From an uncultured Candidatus Saccharibacteria bacterium (GTDB taxonomy: Bacteria > Patescibacteriota > Minisyncoccia > Minisyncoccales > GWA2-46-15): a stretch of DNA of 46,777 bases. The first letter of the stretch is position 1. Every line of letters starts with the position of its first letter. The notes under the pieces are model-generated. The model was not told where the DNA came from and did no database searches. It worked only from the letters and a program-made list of their open reading frames with translations. Where the stretch lies: the NCBI GenBank assembly GCA_964551525.1, contig CAZKCH010000003.1, positions 1 through 46,777 of the forward strand, in the 5' to 3' direction. The position numbers were made by a program, and so were the translations under genes. Shown here one piece after another: positions 34,108 to 40,355 of the stretch.

Positions 34108-36495
34108 TTATTCTCCAGTTTCTTCTTGAATCGGCGGCTCGCTCTCTACTTGAACCCCTTGAAGCGCGGGCTTGCCTGCTTTCAGATTAGCAACGATCTT
34201 GGGCACTTCCGCATTATCCGGATTAAGCTTGGCAATCGCTTCAAATTGCTCTAAGGCCAGGGCTTTCTTGCCGGCCTTATCGTAAATCAGGCCCAAGAAA
34301 TAGCGGGCATTGGAATAATTCTGATTCAAAGAAACAGTTCTTTCAAACTCAACCTGGGCTTTATCCATCTGATTATCAGAGTAATAAACAAGACCTAACT
34401 GGAAAGACAAGCCGACATCAAAAGGAGCAATGGTTTTTGTTTCCTCCAACTTAACAATCGCGTCTTTGGTTTTATTCTCGCGGATGTCAATCATGGCCAG
34501 TTGGTAGCGGGCCGGCGCATAATCAGATTTTAATTCCAAGGCCTGCTGGAATTTTTCTTTGGCCGCGGCTAAAAATTCGATTTTCTTTGCCTCTTCTTTA
34601 GTATTATCCGCCCGGGCAATAAAGAGTTGGCCGATCTCGGTGGGCAAAGACGGGTTAGTCGGTTCTAATTTAAATGCGGTTTCGTATGACTGGATCGCCC
34701 AATCATCAACGCCGGTAATGGTCGGAAACAAGCTGGCATAAACCGCGCCGCGGATCGTCCAGTTGGCAACGCTCTTCGGCGAAACATCAGTGGCCGCCTT
34801 AGCGCTGGCAATCACCTGGGAAATCAAATCATTAATCCTCTTGGAAAGCTCTTCTTTAGATAGAGTGGTATTCTGCGCCTCTTGATTAATCTGATAAATA
34901 TAGACCTGGGACAAATCACGCCAGAGGTTATCCTGTTTTCTTTCGGTCAAACCAATGGCGCTGGCCAGAATATTAATGGCTTTGACATTATCGCCGGCCG
35001 CCACTGCTTTCAAGGCCCCCATATATTTCACTTCGGCCAAATAATGTTGGCCCTGAAAAAAGAAAATCATCAGCGTCGCAATCAAAACAACAATAAAAGC
35101 CGCGGAAACACCAATGGGCAATAAAACCGCTTTAGACATTTTCTTTCCTTCTTCTCCCCCGGTAACGGTAACTGGCCGATGAAATTCAAAAGTCCGGGTA
35201 TTAACGCCAATGACGCCGAATAGCAAAGCCAATAACAGCCAGAAAATAAAGGCAAGGGTTAAATTGCCGCCGTAAAAAATTTGGCCCACCACTGAAGCGA
35301 CAAAGCTGGCAAAAACCCCGGTTAAAAGCGCTAAACTAAAATCCTCTTTGCGGGCAATAATCCCAGTCGTCAACGCCTTAAAACCATAAAAGCCGGCAAT
35401 AAAAATTACGGCCAGAAAAGAAACCAAGCCGAGAATGCCGGTCGTCGCCAACTTATCGATTATGTCCGAAGCGCCGGAAACAAATCTGGTCGCCCAAAAA
35501 CTTGTCTGATTAACTGCCAATGGCTTGTATAAAGAATAGTCATAAACAAAAGTACCAGGGCCGGAACCGAATAGAAAAGACCAGGGCGGCTGGAAGTTTT
35601 GAATGGTAGCAAAGGCGATTTTGGCCGTGGCGTTGAACGACGGGCTGACCTCGGCCGGCAAATTAGCAATGGGCAAAAGCGAAGTGGTGAGCACTAAGGA
35701 CAAAAAACTAATGGCCAATAGAATCATCGGTAAAGCCAACTTGCCCATGCTGAAGCTTTCCCGCCGGGTAATGCCAAAAATTAAAATGAGAGCCGAGCCG
35801 GCTAATAAGGCGATCCAAGCCACTTTAAAGTTAATGACCAGAAGTAAAAATAAAGATAACAGAATAAAAGACCAGCCAAGAATTTTCAATATCTTTTTGA
35901 CCGGAGAAAAAACCAAGCTGGAGGCCAGGGGCAAAAGCACGGCTAAGAACACGGCCAAACTATTAATCGTGCCGATGGTATTAAAGGAATTAACCTTGGC
36001 AAAATCAAAGGGCAGAAAAAACTTGCCTAGAATATGGGGCAGAGCGATTAAAGCGACGAGCAAACCGGAAATAATGGCGATGTGAGCAATGCCGAGAAAA
36101 TCCTTGGCCTCGCTGAAAACATGAGTCAAAATAAAATAGAATAAAACCAAGGCCAAGGAAACCAAGAAACTGGCGCCGGCGGCCAAAGGCCAGCCCCAAA
36201 AACTGGCATAGGGATAAGCCGATATCAGCGTGGAAATGCCCAAGGCAACGACGAGAATAAGGGGCAAAAGATTAAACCGACTGACATTCAAACTGATTTT
36301 CTCTTCTAACAACGCCTTCAACAACCAAAAGAGAAACGCGCCGAGAGTTAACAAGACCAATATCACCTGCTTATTAAGATCTAAAACATTGCTGGTGAAC
36401 GGCAGGAAAAACACCGGCACTAAAAAGACCGCAATTAAAAGCGCTTTTTGGGAAACTTTTAGCCAATGGTTAGCCGAACTTTGAATGTCTGTCAT
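34108..36495 (-). CDS. O-antigen ligase-like (Wzy_C) polytopic membrane protein with C-terminal TPR repeats (paralog)
   Basis: 795 aa with the same architecture as the downstream neighbour (GSGPGTFVYDYS motif, TPR-rich C-terminus). Confidence 0.75.
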   Translation of the reverse strand: MTDIQSSANHWLKVSQKALLIAVFLVPVFFLPFTSNVLDLNKQVILVLLTLGAFLFWLLKALLEEKISLNVSRFNLLPLILVVALGISTLISAYPYASFWGWPLAAGASFLVSLALVLFYFILTHVFSEAKDFLGIAHIAIISGLLVALIALPHILGKFFLPFDFAKVNSFNTIGTINSLAVFLAVLLPLASSLVFSPVKKILKILGWSFILLSLFLLLVINFKVAWIALLAGSALILIFGITRRESFSMGKLALPMILLAISFLSLVLTTSLLPIANLPAEVSPSFNATAKIAFATIQNFQPPWSFLFGSGPGTFVYDYSLYKPLAVNQTSFWATRFVSGASDIIDKLATTGILGLVSFLAVIFIAGFYGFKALTTGIIARKEDFSLALLTGVFASFVASVVGQIFYGGNLTLAFIFWLLLALLFGVIGVNTRTFEFHRPVTVTGGEEGKKMSKAVLLPIGVSAAFIVVLIATLMIFFFQGQHYLAEVKYMGALKAVAAGDNVKAINILASAIGLTERKQDNLWRDLSQVYIYQINQEAQNTTLSKEELSKRINDLISQVIASAKAATDVSPKSVANWTIRGAVYASLFPTITGVDDWAIQSYETAFKLEPTNPSLPTEIGQLFIARADNTKEEAKKIEFLAAAKEKFQQALELKSDYAPARYQLAMIDIRENKTKDAIVKLEETKTIAPFDVGLSFQLGLVYYSDNQMDKAQVEFERTVSLNQNYSNARYFLGLIYDKAGKKALALEQFEAIAKLNPDNAEVPKIVANLKAGKPALQGVQVESEPPIQEETGE

Positions 36496-36568
36496 ATTTT
36501 TTGTTTAAACTTTTTAATAATTATTGAGTTTATCGTTTATAATAGCTTGATTTTAAGCTGAAAACAAG

Positions 36569-36943
36569 TTAATTAATGATATTTTCGTAGTGGTTTAAGC
36601 GATCTACGGCATAATCTTGTTTCAAGACGATGCAAACCGCGTCTACCCGGCAAGCGCCCTTCCACTTGGCTTTGGCCGCATAAGCCAGAGCATTGCCCCA
36701 AAGTTTTCCCAATTTTTTCCTATTAATGGTTTCTTCCGGGCTGCCGAAATTCTCGCCTATTTTTGTTCTCACCTCCACGAAAACCAATTGCTCTTTTTGT
36801 CTTGCTACTAAATCGATTTCCCCGTATTTTGTCTTGTAATTTTGCTCGACTATTCTGTATCCTTTTTTCTCCAAATATTTTTTGGCCATCTCCTCGCCTC
36901 TTTTCCCGGTTACCAAATTAGTTTGTGATTTATAGGGCCTCAT
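36569..36943 (-). CDS. yraN: YraN family (UPF0102) endonuclease-like protein
   Basis: 124 aa with GKRGEEMAKKYLEKKGYRIVEQNYKTKYGEIDLVA...VFVEVRT, typical of YraN. It overlaps the upstream gene by 14 nt. Confidence 0.85.
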   Translation of the reverse strand: MRPYKSQTNLVTGKRGEEMAKKYLEKKGYRIVEQNYKTKYGEIDLVARQKEQLVFVEVRTKIGENFGSPEETINRKKLGKLWGNALAYAAKAKWKGACRVDAVCIVLKQDYAVDRLNHYENIIN

Positions 36944-38465
36944 ATGTTTTGGACCGGTATTGCAAGGCCTCGGCCATATGGGAAATATTTATCTCTTCGG
37001 CCTTTTCCAAATCGGCAATAGTGCGGGCGACCTTTATCATTTTCATATAAGACCGGGCGGACAACTGGAATTTCAAACTGGCCTGCTTCAGAAGTTGTTC
37101 CACCTCTTTTTCCAGCCGGCAGTATTTTTTAATGTGGCTGTTTTTCATCTGGGCATTCGTATAAATCGTTTCTTTTTTAAAGCGTTCTTGCTGGATGCGG
37201 CGGGCCAAGGCGACCCGCTTCCCGATGGCCAAAGATGGCTCTAAAAATTCTGAGGCCTTTTGATTTTCCGAAAAACTCTCTACGTCAACCGGCTGAACCG
37301 CCACGTGCAAATCAATCCGATCAAGAATGGGCCCGGAAATTCTTTTTTGGTATTTCCTGATTTGACGGGAAGAGCAAACGCAATTTTTCTTGGGGTGGTT
37401 TAAATAACCGCAAGGACAGGGATTAGCCGAGGCGACCAGCATAAAATCAGCCGGATATTTGATTCTCTCTCTGCTTCTCGAAATGGTTAAGTAGCCGTCT
37501 TCCAAGGGTTGGCGCATGGCTTCCATTACCGATCGAGGAAATTCGCTGAACTCGTCCAGAAAAAGCACGCCCCGGTGCGCCAAACTGATTTCCCCGGGCT
37601 GGGGCCGAGTGCCGCCGCCGACTAAACCAACCAAAGAGGCGGTGTGGTGCGGCGCCCTGAATTGACGGCTGGTCACCAAAGAGCCGCCCGGAGGAATGTT
37701 GCCCGAAGCAGAATACAACCTTGTCACGGCCAATGATTCTTCCTCATTTAGAGGCGGCAGAATCCCGGGCAAAGCCCTGGCCAGCATAGTTTTTCCCGAT
37801 CCCGGACTGCCGATCATAATAATGTTGTGGCCGCCGGCCGCGGCAATTTCCATGGCCCGCTTGGCCTGTTCCTGACCTAAAATTTCTTTCATATCAAATT
37901 CAGCCGGGGCAGAAGATCGATCTTCGCCTTTTTTATAAACCGCCGGCGCAATCAATTCTTTTCCGGAAAAATACGAAGCGAGTTGAAAAAGATTTTCCAC
38001 CGGGTAAACCTTGATTTTTTTGATCACCGCCGCCTCATTGGCTGAGTCATGAGGCACAAATAAATTTTCAAATCCCAATTCTTTGGCGAAAAGCGCCAGC
38101 AAAAACGCTCCCTTGGTGTGGCGCAAAGAACCATCCAAAGACAATTCCCCAAAGAACAATGATTTCTCTGGCAAGGAAAATTGCATCACGCTTTTCAATA
38201 TTCCCATGGCAATGGGCAAATCGTAAAAAGAACCCTCTTTAGGAATATCAGCCGGCGCCAAATTAACGGTGATTTTCTTCATCGGAAACTCCACGCCCGA
38301 ACTGACAATCGCCGCCCTCACTCTTTCCTTGCTTTCTTCCACCGCCTTGTTCGGCAAGCCGACAATGTCAAAACCGGGTAAGCCACGGCTAGCAAGATTC
38401 ACTTCCACGTCTATTTTAATGGTCTCCAGCCCCAAATTGGCAGCTGATTGAATTTTAATTAACAT
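36930..38465 (-). CDS. comM: YifB/ComM family Mg-chelatase-like AAA+ ATPase
   Basis: 511 aa with an N-terminal Lon-like domain, Walker A GSPGSGKT, Walker B LFLDEF and a Cys-rich insertion. Confidence 0.9.
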   Translation of the reverse strand: MLIKIQSAANLGLETIKIDVEVNLASRGLPGFDIVGLPNKAVEESKERVRAAIVSSGVEFPMKKITVNLAPADIPKEGSFYDLPIAMGILKSVMQFSLPEKSLFFGELSLDGSLRHTKGAFLLALFAKELGFENLFVPHDSANEAAVIKKIKVYPVENLFQLASYFSGKELIAPAVYKKGEDRSSAPAEFDMKEILGQEQAKRAMEIAAAGGHNIIMIGSPGSGKTMLARALPGILPPLNEEESLAVTRLYSASGNIPPGGSLVTSRQFRAPHHTASLVGLVGGGTRPQPGEISLAHRGVLFLDEFSEFPRSVMEAMRQPLEDGYLTISRSRERIKYPADFMLVASANPCPCGYLNHPKKNCVCSSRQIRKYQKRISGPILDRIDLHVAVQPVDVESFSENQKASEFLEPSLAIGKRVALARRIQQERFKKETIYTNAQMKNSHIKKYCRLEKEVEQLLKQASLKFQLSARSYMKMIKVARTIADLEKAEEINISHMAEALQYRSKTYEAL

Positions 38466-38479
38466 AGTTTCTAAAATTT

Positions 38480-39406
38480 TTAATTAATGAAATATTTGTC
38501 TCCTTCTTGTTTAATAAATCCTTTGATTTGCATTAAGGATAAGCTGGCGCTGATTTTAGAAACCGGGGTCTTGAGCATTTCCGCCAAATCATCAGCCGCC
38601 AATGACTCCCTTTTTAATTCCTCTATAATTTTTTGCTCAATAACAATCGTTGTTTTTAAGTTCAGGGTTTGGAATTTGGAATTTACCTGTCCCGTAGGAT
38701 CGCAAGGCAATTCCTTCGGGGATTGAAAATTAAAAATTGAAAATTGAAAATTCGTTTTATAGAAATCTATAATATCTTTCGCTTGCGTGACCACTTCCGC
38801 CCCCTCTTTTATCATCTGGGCTGTGCCCTTGGAAACCTCGCTGGTCAAAGGCCCGGGCACGGCGAATATTTTCCGGCCGAAACTTTTGGCGTGCCTCACC
38901 GTAATAAAAGTGCCGGAAATGAGCCCCGCTTCTATCACCAAAACCACTTGAGAAAGGCCGGCCACGATTCTGTCCCTTTTGGGATAAGTCCAGAGCGCCG
39001 GCGAAGAACTGCCTTCAAACTCGGAAATAATTAAACCATGGTTATCTAAAATTTTTTGGTAAAGTTCTTCTTGATATTCGGGATGAATTAAATCTATGCC
39101 GCAGGGCATGACGGCAATGGTCCTGCCGCCCACTTCGACGGCGGCCCGATGAGCCGCCTCGTCTCCGCCATACATAAACCCGGAAACAATAGTAATGCCG
39201 GCGGCGGCGATTTCCGAAACCAGCAATTCAGTCATTCTTCGGCCATAGCTCGTCAAACGCCTCGACCCGACCACGGCCAAACAATTCTTAAAGATATCGT
39301 CATCGTATTCACCCTTGTAATAAAGTTTCTTAGGCGCGCCCTTGGTTTCCTTCAACAATGCCGGGTATTCTTGATCTTGTATATTGATAATTCCCGTCTT
39401 AACCAT
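38480..39406 (-). CDS. dprA: DNA-processing protein DprA (Smf)
   Basis: 308 aa with a Rossmann-like DprA core (VVGSRR.T.YG, SGFMYGGDEAAHRAA, EAG..SGT) and a C-terminal winged-helix-like tail. Confidence 0.9.
   Translation of the reverse strand: MVKTGIINIQDQEYPALLKETKGAPKKLYYKGEYDDDIFKNCLAVVGSRRLTSYGRRMTELLVSEIAAAGITIVSGFMYGGDEAAHRAAVEVGGRTIAVMPCGIDLIHPEYQEELYQKILDNHGLIISEFEGSSSPALWTYPKRDRIVAGLSQVVLVIEAGLISGTFITVRHAKSFGRKIFAVPGPLTSEVSKGTAQMIKEGAEVVTQAKDIIDFYKTNFQFSIFNFQSPKELPCDPTGQVNSKFQTLNLKTTIVIEQKIIEELKRESLAADDLAEMLKTPVSKISASLSLMQIKGFIKQEGDKYFIN
38722..38749. repeat. Heptanucleotide tandem repeat ATTGAAA ATTAAAA ATTGAAA ATTGAAA inside dprA
   Basis: Four units with a 7-nt period, one of them variant. 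The repeat encodes FQFSIFNFQ in the linker before the C-terminal domain. Confidence 0.8.
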
Positions 39407-39520
39407 TTCAATTTTTAATTTGAATTTTGAAATTTAAATTCAATTTGAAAGTTATTAATTTGAAATTTAAAAACTAACTTTTAGTGGCTTGTGCTTGTCG
39501 TGTTTAGCCGGTTATGCTTG

Positions 39521-39545
39521 TTGTGCTTGGCCGGGCCAAGCACAA
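39521..39545. repeat. Palindromic repeat family 2, copy a
   Basis: TTGTGCTTGGCC-G-GGCCAAGCACAA has 12-bp arms and lies 8 nt downstream of the stop of the second Y1 gene. Confidence 0.8.
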
Positions 39546-39552
39546 GCCATAT

Positions 39553-40269
39553 TTATTCTAAGGATAAATTATTGACTCGTTCCCACTTCTTGCCTTCTAA
39601 AACATCTTCAACGAATTGATTATACTTCCATTTATTTGAGAAAATTTCGCCGAGTAATCCTTTTTCAATAATTATCGATTCCCTCTTTCCGGTGTATTCC
39701 TGATGAGTGCTCCAAGAATAATCGTCGGCGAAACGCATGATTTCTTTCACATTATTAACCCCTACTTCTTTCAATTTAGGTTCTACTAACTCGCCCGGAT
39801 TAATTACATTAATATAGACGAGTAGATACTCTAAATATGTTTCTTCCTCCACCGGAGCGGCCTTAAATCGACTCTGAAACAAAGCGCCAACTCGATTATA
39901 TTTGTTGTTAAAATATTCAGCGTATCCCGTACCGAGTTTATGCATAAATCGAGAAATGCCACCTTCTTTTATTTCCTCAAGTAAAAGATGGAAATGATTC
40001 GGCATCAAACAATCGGCCATTATTCTAACTAATGGTTCTCGATTCCTTTTTTCTCTTGCGAAAAACATTTTAAGTACCCTGAAAGTTACTTTTCCTCGAT
40101 CTCTTTCCATCTGCCAAAGTAGATTTGCCGTCGTCTTTTCATCGTTAAAAAGGAAAAGGCCTTGTAGAAAACGCCAATAATCATTATCGCTTTTAAAAAT
40201 TACTCTTTTCTCGACGCCTCGATTAAAAACGTGGTAAATTTTTCCTTTTTCAAACTTGAATTTTCTCAT
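39553..40269 (-). CDS. HUH/Y1 tyrosine transposase-like protein (IS200/RAYT family), copy 2
   Basis: 238 aa with YHVFNRG..KRVIF, the HUH motif PNHFHLL and the Tyr region YLLVYINVINP. It is clearly paralogous to copy 1 but diverged. Confidence 0.8.
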   Translation of the reverse strand: MRKFKFEKGKIYHVFNRGVEKRVIFKSDNDYWRFLQGLFLFNDEKTTANLLWQMERDRGKVTFRVLKMFFAREKRNREPLVRIMADCLMPNHFHLLLEEIKEGGISRFMHKLGTGYAEYFNNKYNRVGALFQSRFKAAPVEEETYLEYLLVYINVINPGELVEPKLKEVGVNNVKEIMRFADDYSWSTHQEYTGKRESIIIEKGLLGEIFSNKWKYNQFVEDVLEGKKWERVNNLSLE

Positions 40270-40278
40270 CTGCGTTTG

Positions 40279-40303
40279 TTGTGCTTGGCCCGGCCAAGCA
40301 CAA
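40279..40303. repeat. Palindromic repeat family 2, copy b
   Basis: TTGTGCTTGGCC-C-GGCCAAGCACAA is identical to copy a except for the central nucleotide. The flanks (TTG before, G(T)CCATA after) are also shared. It lies 10 nt upstream of the Y1 gene start. Confidence 0.8.
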
Positions 40304-40355
40304 GTCCATAGTTTTGTGAATTTGTTTGGATTTTTGTGTTTTGTTTTTTTGTGTT

